This document shows positions 19,932 to 29,615 of a DNA stretch of 64,000 bases, in pieces. The notes beneath the pieces were generated by a model. It worked only from the letters and a program-made list of their open reading frames with translations. It was not told the origin of the DNA and searched no databases. The translations under genes were made by a program, and so were the position numbers. Position 1 is the stretch's first letter. The number at the start of each line of letters is the position of its first letter. Source of the stretch: an uncultured Holophaga sp. (GTDB taxonomy: Bacteria > Acidobacteriota > Holophagae > Holophagales > Holophagaceae). The stretch is from assembly GCA_963664825.1 (NCBI GenBank), contig OY761614.1:1696001-1760000 (forward strand). The letters run 5' to 3'.

Positions 19932-22900
19932 CCTCCCGCTCCCTCATCACCGGTAGGCGCAGTGTGAAGCAGGTCCCTACACCAGGGGTCGAAGCGACCT
20001 CCAGTAGCCCCTTGTGGTTCTGAGTGATGATCGTGTACGAGACTGAGAGACCGAGCCCCGTCCCTACGCCAGGATCCTTGGTGGTGAAGAAGGGTTCGAA
20101 GACGCGCCTGCGGATGGTCTCGTCCATTCCCGGCCCGTTGTCCTCGATCTCCAATACGACGTGTTTGGCTTCCCGGCGGGCCCTCAGGATCAGGCAGGGG
20201 TGCTTCGAAGGAGGGTTCCCGGCCATGGCCTGGGCCGCGTTCTTGAGGAGGTTGAGGAACACTTGCTCGATCTCGATGGCCACCACCGGCACGAGGGGCA
20301 GTTCCTGTTCGAATTCCCGCTGGATCTCGATGCTGCGGAAATCGTATTTTTTCTTCAGGTCGTAGTCATTGGCGGCCAGCTCGAGAGCCTGTTCCAGGAT
20401 CGCGGGCAGCGAGACCGCATGCCTAGCGGAATCGGCCTGGCGGCTGAACTGCAGCATGTTGCCGACGATCTTGGTCGCCCGGCCGACGGCCTCTCGGATG
20501 CCGCCCATGAACTGGGTGATCTGCCGCTTCTCGAAATAGGCCTGGAGGAGCCCCATATCCAGGCCTATTTCCTCGGCCACGACGCGGTTGGCGGGCAATT
20601 CCGTGGAGAGCCGGCGTTCGATATTTTGGGTCGCTTGGCTGATGATCCCCAGAGGGTTATTGATCTCGTGGGCCATGCCTGCGGCCAGGCCGCCCACGGA
20701 CATCATCTTCTCGGTCTGGATCATCAGTTCCTGGATGCGGACCCGCTCCGTGATGTCCTGGATGCGCACAACGGCTCCCTCCATTCCGTCGGTCACCAGG
20801 GGATACATCATCAACTCGAAGAAGTGCCGCTCACCCTCGCGTTCCAAGAGCAGCTTCTCCATGGAGGCCGGACGATGTTCCCGCTGGATTTCCTGGCAGA
20901 GGACCGATATCCAGGGTGCGAAGTCCGGGGCCAGATCCTCGATGGGCCGCCCCAGCGCTTCTGCCTCGGGGATTCCCAGGAGGGTCTCCGCGGCGCGGTT
21001 CCACTGGGTGACGCGCTTCTGACAATTCAGGCCCACCAGGGCGGAGGGCATGGAATCGATGACATTGGACAGGTAGTTCTTGAGGTGGAGGATTTCCTGC
21101 TCCACCTTCTTCCGTTCGGTGATGTCGTGGAAAGTCCAAATCCTCCCATAGAGTTCCCCATTCTCCCCCAGGACTGGTGCGGAGTACCTCTCCAGGACCG
21201 TGCCGTTTCTGAACTCGATCTCGTCGCGGCTGGTCTCCGTGGGATGGGCGTAGAGGTAGATGACCTTTTCTAAAAATGCCTTGGGGTTCCGAGTGAGGCC
21301 GACGACCTGTTCCAGGAACATCGTGTCATCCTCGTTCTCCATGACTTCGCGAGGGACCTTGAACATATCCAGGAGGGCTCTATTGCTGAGGATGCGCTTC
21401 TGCTGCATGGAGACCACCAGGATTCCATCCAGGGTTGCATTGGCTTGAGCCGAGAGTAGCGCGGTCTTGGCTTTCAGGGAGTCCTCGGCCTTCTTCCGTT
21501 CGCTGATGTCCTGGACGAAGCCGAAGAGGAGAGGCTGCTCCGTCTCCGGATCCGGATGCAGGCTGATGGACATGATGCCGTCCATGAAGGTGCCGTCCTT
21601 CCGCCGGAAGTGGACCTCCTCCACGAACCAGGTTCCAACGTTGTCCTGGAGTCGCCGCACCAGATCGAGGCGCTGGTCCGGGGACTCGTAGAGCCCCTGG
21701 CCGATCCCCTGGGCGTTCACCTGCTGGACCGTGGAGAGCGGATCCTCATAGCGGAACATCGCCGCCAGGGCGGGATTCACTTGCAGGAAACGCCCTTCCG
21801 GGGTCGAGCGGAAGATTCCGATGGGGGAACCCTCGAAGAGAGTGCTCAGGCGGCGCTCGCTCTCTTGGATGATCTGTTCGGATCGCTTCCACTCCGTGAT
21901 ATCCATGGCCATGAAGAGCAGGAGGGGTCTGCTCTCCACGGGCACCCTGCGGATGGTGGCCAGGACGTCCCGCTCACCCTTGCCGGGGATATGGATCTTG
22001 ATGTCCATGGCGCTGACCGATCCGCCCCCATCCAGGATCTGCATCGCTCTCTGCAGACCGCTCTCCTCGAGGACGAGGCCGAGCTGCTCGGGCGTCTTAC
22101 CGAGGATCTCCTCCTTGGGACGATCCAGCACCTCGCAGAAGCGTGGATTCACGTCCACATAGACGCCCGTCTCGGGATCGGCCAGGGTGATCGACATGGG
22201 ATTGGCATCGAAGATGGCCCGGAACCGCTGCTGGTTCTGATGGGTCTCCGCTTCGGCCTTCTTCTGCTCGGTCATGTCCAGGCCCACGCCGACGATGTAG
22301 GGCTTCCCGCCGATATCCACACTCACGGCCGTGAAGTAATAGGGGATGCGTCGCCCATCCTTCATTCGGAGGTGGGCTTCGGCCTCGGTCTGGCCTTCCC
22401 GACGGGCCCGTTGGAAAGCCTCGAGAATCCGCTGGGTCTCCTCTGAATCCCCCTTGAACCAGTCGAGGATGGGGAAGCCCTTCAGCTCCTGGGTCGAATA
22501 ACCCGTCAGTTCCTCGTTGCGCTTATTCCAGCGCACCATCCGCCCATCCAGATCATAGACATAGAGGATCCCCGGGATGCTGTCCATCACGGCATCGGTG
22601 AAGAGACGGCTCTGGGCCAGATCATCCTCCACCCGCTTGCGATCGGTGATGTCCTCGAAGACGCCCAGGCTGCCGATCACCTTCCCCTGGTGGTCCTCCA
22701 GGGGGACCTTGGTGGTGTCCAACCAAAATTCTCGCTCTTTCGCATCCCGGAGAGACTCGATGATATGGCGCTTGGGTTGCCTTGATTCCATGACCACTCG
22801 GTCGTCGGCCAGGTAGGTCTCGGCATGTTCCGAACCCCAGGGCATATCGAAATCGGTCCTCCCGATGATCTCTGCGGAATCCTCGCGTCCCGCGAAGTGG

Positions 22901-24102
22901 GCGAAAGCCTCGTTGCAGCCCAGGTAGGTTCCGGCGCAATCCTTCCAGAAAACGGCCTGGGGGATGGTGTTCAGCACCAGCTTGAGCATGGCCTCGCTGG
23001 CGTGCAGGGCCGCCTGGGCTTCCTTCTGCTGGGTTATGTCCAGCGTGATGGTGACGTATTCGCTCTCAGCCCCCTCGAGTTCCAGGGGGGCTAGGCGCAC
23101 CACCAGAGGCACCATGCTGCCATCAGCCCGTTGGCCCTGGGTCTCCTGGGCAGTGATTCCGTGGGGCAAACCATAGAGGAGCCCTGCGGCTTCGGAATCC
23201 TCCTCTCGGGCGTAGGTCATGCGGATGCTCTGGCCGGGGAACTCGGCCCGATCTCGCTGGAAGATCCGGGCGAAGGTCTCATTGACCTCAATGAAGCGGC
23301 GGTCCTTCATGGAGGCAATGCCGATGGGTGCGGAATCAAATACGGCCTTCAGTGTGGATTCACTCCTGCGGAGGGCCACCTCCGCATGGAGGCGTTCCCG
23401 GATTTCCCGAGCCAATTTGAGGTTCTGGGCCCGGAGCGAACCCATGGCCAGCACGATGGGCGCTAGGAAGAGGAGAAGCAGGGTCAGAAAGATGAAGAAG
23501 CCCGAGCGCAGGACGGCCAGCAGCGCCCGGCTCTCCTCGTTCAGATAGGCGCCGGTCCCGATCATCACGTCCAGTTCCGGCACCAGCTGGAAATAGGAGA
23601 GTTTATCCTCCACGTGTCGCATCTTGGGGCTCGGGAAAGGATAGGCGTAGAAGATCCCCTCCGGATGGACCCGGAGCCCGGGGATCACCTCTTTGAGGAG
23701 ACCGCCCCCCGGAATATTGGCATCCATAGCGCCCTCGTCTTGGGTCCGGAAGGGCCTCAGGATCACCCGGCCATCCATGCCGGTTATGAAAATGTAGTTG
23801 GGACCGGATTCATCCTCGAAGCAAAGGGTTCGCAATCGCTCGCGGGCTGCTTCGATGGCCGCTGCTTGGGAAATTTTTCCCGCCCGGAGCTCCGCCAGGA
23901 TGGGTTCCAGGGCATGGCGAGCCATGCTGACCTTTTCCGTGAGCTCGGCCCGCCGCTGCTGTTCCTCGTAGGCGCGGAAGCGATTCTTGCCATAGCTGAA
24001 TAGCGCGAAGGCCAGCATTACCATCAGGCCGACCAGGAGGGCGATCCAGGCGTCCCGGAAGAACATCGGCGGCCTGCCTTCGGGCCGGGAAGGGGGCTTC
24101 AT
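19924..24102 (-). CDS. Cache + ~7 PAS sensor histidine kinase
   Basis: TM-Cache-TM, repeated PAS/PAC units ending DIT/DMT/DIS, AGMAHEINNPL, NLLKNA, FEPFFTTK..GTGLGL; ATGA overlap with the upstream EAL stop supports start 24102. Confidence 0.9.
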   Translation of the reverse strand: MKPPSRPEGRPPMFFRDAWIALLVGLMVMLAFALFSYGKNRFRAYEEQQRRAELTEKVSMARHALEPILAELRAGKISQAAAIEAARERLRTLCFEDESGPNYIFITGMDGRVILRPFRTQDEGAMDANIPGGGLLKEVIPGLRVHPEGIFYAYPFPSPKMRHVEDKLSYFQLVPELDVMIGTGAYLNEESRALLAVLRSGFFIFLTLLLLFLAPIVLAMGSLRAQNLKLAREIRERLHAEVALRRSESTLKAVFDSAPIGIASMKDRRFIEVNETFARIFQRDRAEFPGQSIRMTYAREEDSEAAGLLYGLPHGITAQETQGQRADGSMVPLVVRLAPLELEGAESEYVTITLDITQQKEAQAALHASEAMLKLVLNTIPQAVFWKDCAGTYLGCNEAFAHFAGREDSAEIIGRTDFDMPWGSEHAETYLADDRVVMESRQPKRHIIESLRDAKEREFWLDTTKVPLEDHQGKVIGSLGVFEDITDRKRVEDDLAQSRLFTDAVMDSIPGILYVYDLDGRMVRWNKRNEELTGYSTQELKGFPILDWFKGDSEETQRILEAFQRARREGQTEAEAHLRMKDGRRIPYYFTAVSVDIGGKPYIVGVGLDMTEQKKAEAETHQNQQRFRAIFDANPMSITLADPETGVYVDVNPRFCEVLDRPKEEILGKTPEQLGLVLEESGLQRAMQILDGGGSVSAMDIKIHIPGKGERDVLATIRRVPVESRPLLLFMAMDITEWKRSEQIIQESERRLSTLFEGSPIGIFRSTPEGRFLQVNPALAAMFRYEDPLSTVQQVNAQGIGQGLYESPDQRLDLVRRLQDNVGTWFVEEVHFRRKDGTFMDGIMSISLHPDPETEQPLLFGFVQDISERKKAEDSLKAKTALLSAQANATLDGILVVSMQQKRILSNRALLDMFKVPREVMENEDDTMFLEQVVGLTRNPKAFLEKVIYLYAHPTETSRDEIEFRNGTVLERYSAPVLGENGELYGRIWTFHDITERKKVEQEILHLKNYLSNVIDSMPSALVGLNCQKRVTQWNRAAETLLGIPEAEALGRPIEDLAPDFAPWISVLCQEIQREHRPASMEKLLLEREGERHFFELMMYPLVTDGMEGAVVRIQDITERVRIQELMIQTEKMMSVGGLAAGMAHEINNPLGIISQATQNIERRLSTELPANRVVAEEIGLDMGLLQAYFEKRQITQFMGGIREAVGRATKIVGNMLQFSRQADSARHAVSLPAILEQALELAANDYDLKKKYDFRSIEIQREFEQELPLVPVVAIEIEQVFLNLLKNAAQAMAGNPPSKHPCLILRARREAKHVVLEIEDNGPGMDETIRRRVFEPFFTTKDPGVGTGLGLSVSYTIITQNHKGLLEVASTPGVGTCFTLRLPVMREREDA

Positions 24103-25370
24103 TCTGGTCCTGATCCACGGAGATGGGACCGGTCTTGCTGGGCCCACTCGGGCACCTGTTCCCCAGGCATCGGACGGGCCAGGAAATACCCCTGGCCCAC
24201 ATCGCAGCCCAGGCCCCGGAGGGCTCGCCAGATCTCCAGCGTCTCGATGCCTTCGGCGACGACGTTGAGCTTGAGGTCCTGGGCCATCTGGATCATCCGA
24301 AGGGCCATGAGCATCTGGCGCTGGGCGGGGAGCACCCGGGTGATGGATTGGTCGATTTTCAGTTCCGTGAAAGGGATCCGTTCGAGCTGTTCGAAGGTCG
24401 CGAAGCCGGTTCCGAAGTCATCGATGCTCAGCCGGAAGCCCCTCATCCTCAGCCGGGCTAAATTGGACAGACTGTGTCCCAGATGGGAGACAGAGGCGGA
24501 TTCCGTCACCTCGTAGACCACGGATTTGGGTGGCAATTCGAGGCGCTGAGTGGTTTCCATCAGTTGATCGGCGAACCCGGAAACCCCCAGGGAACGGGTG
24601 GATAGGTTCACGGAAACATCCAGACGGAGACCATGGCGGTTCCAGGCATGCCAATGTTCGGCCACGCGCTCCAGGACGCACATGGTCAGATCCGTGATCA
24701 GTTCCTCTTCCGCCTCGGCCTGGGGCAGGAAGGCCGCCGGGCCCAACAGGCCGAATTCCGGATGACGCCACCGCACGAGGGCTTCCACGCCCTGGAGGAG
24801 GGCGCCCTGCAGGGTGACCTGGGGCTGAAAGAAACAGAGAAACTCGCCATCCGTGATGCCCCGGCGGATCTCCCGGTGGTCGAGCCCATTCAGGAAGGGC
24901 CCATCCGCAGGTTTCATGTCCACGGAGGAAAGTGCGGGGGCCTCCCCGAGGACCCGCATGAGAGCGTCCCGGTTCAAGGGTTTGGGGATCACACCGGGAA
25001 CGCTTAGTCCATAGGTCTCCGCCATCAGGCGCACGGCGCGGAGCACTTCGGATTCCAGGGAACTGACGATGATCACCCGGGGTTTGAACCCGCGGGCGGC
25101 CAGTTCGCCGATGAAGGCCACGCCATCCATGCGAGGCATCTCCAGGTCCGAGAGGATGACATCGATTCGGGTCTCCTGGGCTAGGGTGGCCAGCCCCTCG
25201 ACGCCGTCCCCGGCCTCCAGGATTTGGGTGGCCCCCAGTTCCTTCACCAGGGAGACCGCGTGGGCCCTCTGGACGGCGCTGTCCTCCACCACCAGCACCC
25301 GGAGACCGGCCATCGGGGGCTCCGTGTTTTTGTCGAGCGGGGATATTTCACGATCTTGGGGAAACTTCAT
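24099..25370 (-). CDS. Receiver-EAL c-di-GMP phosphodiesterase
   Basis: REC (VVED, SDLEMP, KP) plus EALVRW, SVNLS, EVTE, DDFGTG, ELKID, EGIE, GQG; ATGA overlap with the cheB stop. Confidence 0.9.
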   Translation of the reverse strand: MKFPQDREISPLDKNTEPPMAGLRVLVVEDSAVQRAHAVSLVKELGATQILEAGDGVEGLATLAQETRIDVILSDLEMPRMDGVAFIGELAARGFKPRVIIVSSLESEVLRAVRLMAETYGLSVPGVIPKPLNRDALMRVLGEAPALSSVDMKPADGPFLNGLDHREIRRGITDGEFLCFFQPQVTLQGALLQGVEALVRWRHPEFGLLGPAAFLPQAEAEEELITDLTMCVLERVAEHWHAWNRHGLRLDVSVNLSTRSLGVSGFADQLMETTQRLELPPKSVVYEVTESASVSHLGHSLSNLARLRMRGFRLSIDDFGTGFATFEQLERIPFTELKIDQSITRVLPAQRQMLMALRMIQMAQDLKLNVVAEGIETLEIWRALRGLGCDVGQGYFLARPMPGEQVPEWAQQDRSHLRGSGPE

Positions 25371-26434
25371 CGAGAGATCAGCTCCGGAATCTGCCTTAGG
25401 GGCACCACGCGATCGGCGGCCCCCAGTTTGATGGCCTCCTTGGGCATGCCGAAGACCACGCAGGAATCCTCGTCCTGGGCCATGGTGCGGGCGCCTGCCT
25501 GCTTCATCTCCAGCAGACCCCGAGCGCCATCGTCGCCCATGCCGGTCATGATCACGCCTGTAGCGTTCTTCCCGGCGTATTTTGCCACCGAGCGGAAGAG
25601 CACATCCACCGAGGGGCAATGGCGGTTTACGGGGGGTGCGCTGATCACTTCCGCCAGGTATTGGGCGCCGCTGCGCCTGACCACCAGATGCTTACCTCCG
25701 GGGGCGATGAGGGCTCGCCCTGCCAGCACCCGGTCCCCGGTGCGGGCTTCCCGCACTTCGATTTCGCAGATGGAGTCCAGGCGCTCGGCGAAGGCGGCCG
25801 TGAATCGCTCGGGCATGTGTTGGACCACGACGATGCCGGGGCAGGTCCGGGGCAGGGCGGAGAGCACGAATTCCAGGGCCTGGGTGCCTCCGGTGGACGT
25901 ACCGATGGCGGTGAATATTTCTGTGGTGACGGCCATGGCTTCGATTCCAGGTGCCAATACGGCGTCCGCAGTGAGTTTGGGGGGTGTGGTCAAGGTTGGG
26001 TGGAGCTGTGGCAGGCGCGACATGCGGGCTCCGGCGGCTGCTCGCACAGCAGCAACGAGATCCTGGGAAGCGTCCTCCAGGTAATTCTTCACGCCGATCA
26101 TGGGCTTGGTGAAGATCGTGAAGGCCCCGGCCGACAGCGCCTGCATCGTGGTCTCCGCACCCTTGGCGGTGAGAGAGGAACAGATGATCACCGGGGTGGG
26201 TCGTTCGGCCATGATCTTTCGCAGGAAGGTGATGCCGTCCATGCGCGGCATTTCCACATCCAGCAGGATTACATCGGGCCATTCCTTGGCCATTTTTTCC
26301 ATGGCGAAGATGGGATCCATGGCGTGGCCGATGACCTTGATGCCGCGGTCCTTTTCGAGGATGGCGACGAACGCTTGGCGCACTACTGCGGAATCATCCA
26401 CGATGAGCACCTTGATGGGGTTCGCGAGCGTCAC
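25367..26434 (-). CDS. cheB: Chemotaxis methylesterase CheB
   Basis: REC plus [28 protein letters not shown]. Confidence 0.96.
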   Translation of the reverse strand: MTLANPIKVLIVDDSAVVRQAFVAILEKDRGIKVIGHAMDPIFAMEKMAKEWPDVILLDVEMPRMDGITFLRKIMAERPTPVIICSSLTAKGAETTMQALSAGAFTIFTKPMIGVKNYLEDASQDLVAAVRAAAGARMSRLPQLHPTLTTPPKLTADAVLAPGIEAMAVTTEIFTAIGTSTGGTQALEFVLSALPRTCPGIVVVQHMPERFTAAFAERLDSICEIEVREARTGDRVLAGRALIAPGGKHLVVRRSGAQYLAEVISAPPVNRHCPSVDVLFRSVAKYAGKNATGVIMTGMGDDGARGLLEMKQAGARTMAQDEDSCVVFGMPKEAIKLGAADRVVPLRQIPELISR

Positions 26435-26485
26435 GAGGCTTTCTCCTTCCAGTCCTGCGCATCGATCATAGTCGTGGATGCCATC

Positions 26486-27346
26486 TCAGGGGATACGGTA
26501 TACCGTGGGGCGCAACGGGATGAGGCCATCGCAGATGCCCGTGAGGCTCTCGGAATGGCCTACGATGAGCAACCCCCCGGGCTTCACCTGGGCCATGACG
26601 GCCTCCACCACCCGGCGCTTCTGGGGGACATCGAAATAGATCAGGACGTTCCGGAGGAAGGCCACATCGAAGGGACCCAGCTTCGGCAGGGGTTGGCAGA
26701 GATTGGCCTGGGTGAAGGAAACCCGTTCCCGAAGTTGGCGGCTGATCATGAAGAGGCCCTCGTGCTTGTCTTGCCCCCGGAGGCAGAAACGCTGAAGGAA
26801 ATCCTTCGGGATCGTCGCGGCCCTTTCCATGGGGTAGAGGGCCTTCCTCGCTCTCTCCAGCACCCGTGTGCTGATATCTGTACCCAGGATCTGCCACTCC
26901 GCGCTGCCCAGAAGATCGGATAACACCATGGCGAGGGTATAGGCTTCCTCACCCGACGAGCTGGCTGCGCTCCAGACCCTGAAGGGAAAGGGCACGGGGC
27001 GCAGGCCCTGAATATGCTCCCGAAGGGATTTGAAATGATCGGCCTCACGGAAGAAGGAAGTCTCATTGGTGGTGATCAGGTCGATGGCTGCCTGGAGTTC
27101 GTCCCCTTCCCCTGGATCCTGGAGAATCTTGTAGTAGGCGGAAAAGCTTTCGGCCTTCCGATGCCGCAGGCGCGAGCCGAGACGGCCCACCACCAGGGCC
27201 CGTTTCTGGTCCGAAAGGCTGATGCCCGTGACTCGCAGGACCAACTGCTGAAAATGAGCGAACTCGGTATCGGTAATGGGTGCGAAGCCCCCGGAGGTGG
27301 GAAGGGACGCGTTATTAGTTGGTTTTGCGGGAGGATTCGGAGTCAC
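26486..27346 (-). CDS. cheR: Chemotaxis methyltransferase CheR
   Basis: TTNETSFFRE, WSAASSSGEEAY, GTDIS, RNVLIYFD, GHSES. Confidence 0.96.
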   Translation of the reverse strand: MTPNPPAKPTNNASLPTSGGFAPITDTEFAHFQQLVLRVTGISLSDQKRALVVGRLGSRLRHRKAESFSAYYKILQDPGEGDELQAAIDLITTNETSFFREADHFKSLREHIQGLRPVPFPFRVWSAASSSGEEAYTLAMVLSDLLGSAEWQILGTDISTRVLERARKALYPMERAATIPKDFLQRFCLRGQDKHEGLFMISRQLRERVSFTQANLCQPLPKLGPFDVAFLRNVLIYFDVPQKRRVVEAVMAQVKPGGLLIVGHSESLTGICDGLIPLRPTVYRIP

Positions 27347-27882
27347 TGGGTGGGTTCCATCACAGCCTTGTCGCCTGAGAGGGCCGAGAGCTCATCGGTG
27401 GAGAGTACGTGGTTCACGTCCAGGAGGATGACGAAGCGGGTGCCGATCTTGCCAACGCCACTCAGGAACTCCCTGCGGATATCCCCCCCGAAGGAAGGCG
27501 CTGGCTCGATCTCGGAAGCGGCCAGCTCCAGCACTTCGCTCACGTTCTCTACGATGACACCCACAACCACGGGACCCTCTGGCCGGGGCACCTCCAGGAT
27601 GACCACACAACTCCGACGGGCCACCTCTGTGAGAGGGCGCCCGAAGCGCACGGAGAGATCGATCACCGGCACCATGGCGCCCCGAAGATTGATGACGCCC
27701 CGGATGAAGGGGGGCATCAGGGGCACTTCGGTGAGTTCCCCGTACTGGATGACCTCCTTCACATAGCCAATCTCCATGGCGAAAGCTTCTCCACCCAGTC
27801 CAAAGGCGAGGTACTGCTTCTTCCGCTCCGCCGGGGGAGCGTTCTTGATTTTCCGGGCGCCGGGTCTGTTGGGTTCCGCCAT
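27343..27882 (-). CDS. cheW: CheW scaffold protein
   Basis: VKEVIQY..VPLMPPFIRGVINLRG.VPVIDL. Confidence 0.95.
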   Translation of the reverse strand: MAEPNRPGARKIKNAPPAERKKQYLAFGLGGEAFAMEIGYVKEVIQYGELTEVPLMPPFIRGVINLRGAMVPVIDLSVRFGRPLTEVARRSCVVILEVPRPEGPVVVGVIVENVSEVLELAASEIEPAPSFGGDIRREFLSGVGKIGTRFVILLDVNHVLSTDELSALSGDKAVMEPTQ

Positions 27883-27908
27883 GACAGGCTCCTCCTTGTG
27901 ATGCGGGT

Positions 27909-29552
27909 TCAGAAGCGGGTGAATTGTTGGCTATCTGCATCATCGGACGGGTTGGCCCGCTGGATGGGAACCTTGGGTGTCTTTTTGGGAGCCGTGTTTC
28001 GCGCCCTTTGAGATGATGGCTTGGTCCTTCCCCCCGCGAGCGTGAAGAATTCCATGGTGTTCTGGAGCTCCTGGGCCTGGGCGTTCACTTCTTCCGAGGT
28101 GGAGGCCAGTTCTTCGGAAGCGGCGGCATTCTGCTGCACGGCCTGGGTGATCTGGGTGAGGGCCCCATTGATCTGGCCCACGCCGGAATTCTGTTCGGCG
28201 GAAGCCGCCGCGATTTCCTGTACGAGATCGGCGGTCTTCTGGATGGAGGGAACAATCGTTTCCAGCAGTCCGCCCGCTTTTTCGGCTAGGCCTACGCTGC
28301 CCGAGGCCAGCTGACTGATCTCTTCGGCGGCCACCTGGCTGCGTTCGGCCAGCTTGCGCACTTCGGCTGCCACCACGGCGAAGCCCTTGCCATGCTCGCC
28401 CGCGCGGCCAGCCTCGATGGCGGCGTTCAGCGCCAGCAGGTTGGTCTGGTAGGCGATGTCATCGATGATGGCGATCTTCTGGGCGATCTGCTTCATGGCC
28501 GCCACGGTCTCCCGCACAGACTGGCCGCCCTCCACGGCTTCTCGGGCGCTGCGAGTGGCGATATCGCCTGTGACCTTGGAGTTCTCGTTATTCTGCGCAA
28601 TGGAGGCGCTCATCTCCTCCATGCTGGCCGAGGTCTCTTCCACGCTGGCCGCCTGCTCCGAGGCTCCCTGACTCAGGGATTGAGCCGTGGAACTGAGCTG
28701 GTCGGAAGCGCCCACGAGCGTTTCCGCGTTCTCCCGCACCCGTCCGATGATCTCATTGAGTTTGGCCACCATACCCTGGATGGCCGCCATCATGCTGCGG
28801 GTGTCCCCGGGCGCCGTATGCACTTCCACGGAAAGATCCCCGCCTGCCACCTGCTGGGCGATCTCGGCGGCCTCCCGGGGTTCTCCTCCCACCTGTTTCT
28901 TGATGGCCCGGGTGACCGTCAGCCCCAGGCCGATGGCCAATAGGATTCCAAGCCCCACGGCCACTTCCATCTGAGTGCTGGCCGAGGAGGCCTGCTTGGC
29001 GTTATCCGTGGCGATCTTTTGAGCGGCATCCACGTTTTCATTGATCATTTTGTTGAGGAGGTCATTGAGCTCATTGGTGATCTTGCCGACGCTCGGGCTG
29101 TAGGACACGGCAACGGCCTCGGCGATCTTGCCCTCCAGCCTGGCATTGATGATGGGCTGGGAGACTTCCTTGTCGTACAGGGCCACCAGTTCCTTGAGTC
29201 TGGCTAGGTCGGCCTTCTCGGCAGGGGTCGTCACCTGCAGGGTGTAGGCCGCCAGGGCGTCCTCCAGGAGCTTCCAGTTCTTCTCCCTGGCCCTCAGGAC
29301 CGCATCAAGGCGCTCCTTGTCCGGAGCGGAGGGCGACTTGCTCAAGGAGTTCCTTACCAGCTGGAAATTGCCGTTGAAGGCATCCAGGTTCTTCATCGGC
29401 GCTGTCGCATGCTCATACATGTACCGATCGCTAGTGGCCAGCACACCCACATTGACGATCCCGATGACTCCTATGATCCCGGCGATCACCGCCACGAACA
29501 CGAAGGCAAGAAGGAGCTGGGTGGCCAAACGGAGGTTCGAAAGCGCATTCAA
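27909..29552 (-). CDS. Methyl-accepting chemotaxis protein (periplasmic helical sensor)
   Basis: TM-sensor-[27 protein letters not shown]-terminal QFTRF. Confidence 0.93.
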   Translation of the reverse strand: MNALSNLRLATQLLLAFVFVAVIAGIIGVIGIVNVGVLATSDRYMYEHATAPMKNLDAFNGNFQLVRNSLSKSPSAPDKERLDAVLRAREKNWKLLEDALAAYTLQVTTPAEKADLARLKELVALYDKEVSQPIINARLEGKIAEAVAVSYSPSVGKITNELNDLLNKMINENVDAAQKIATDNAKQASSASTQMEVAVGLGILLAIGLGLTVTRAIKKQVGGEPREAAEIAQQVAGGDLSVEVHTAPGDTRSMMAAIQGMVAKLNEIIGRVRENAETLVGASDQLSSTAQSLSQGASEQAASVEETSASMEEMSASIAQNNENSKVTGDIATRSAREAVEGGQSVRETVAAMKQIAQKIAIIDDIAYQTNLLALNAAIEAGRAGEHGKGFAVVAAEVRKLAERSQVAAEEISQLASGSVGLAEKAGGLLETIVPSIQKTADLVQEIAAASAEQNSGVGQINGALTQITQAVQQNAAASEELASTSEEVNAQAQELQNTMEFFTLAGGRTKPSSQRARNTAPKKTPKVPIQRANPSDDADSQQFTRF

Positions 29553-29615
29553 TTTCGACTCCTTAGGGTGGGTTGAGGGATTCGATTACTTTCACAGAGC
29601 GGATGCCTTGGGGAT

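Noticed and set aside
25371..25619. N-terminal extension of the EAL protein in the ORF track
   Set aside because: Overlaps cheB; the ATGA-coupled start at 25370 is more plausible.
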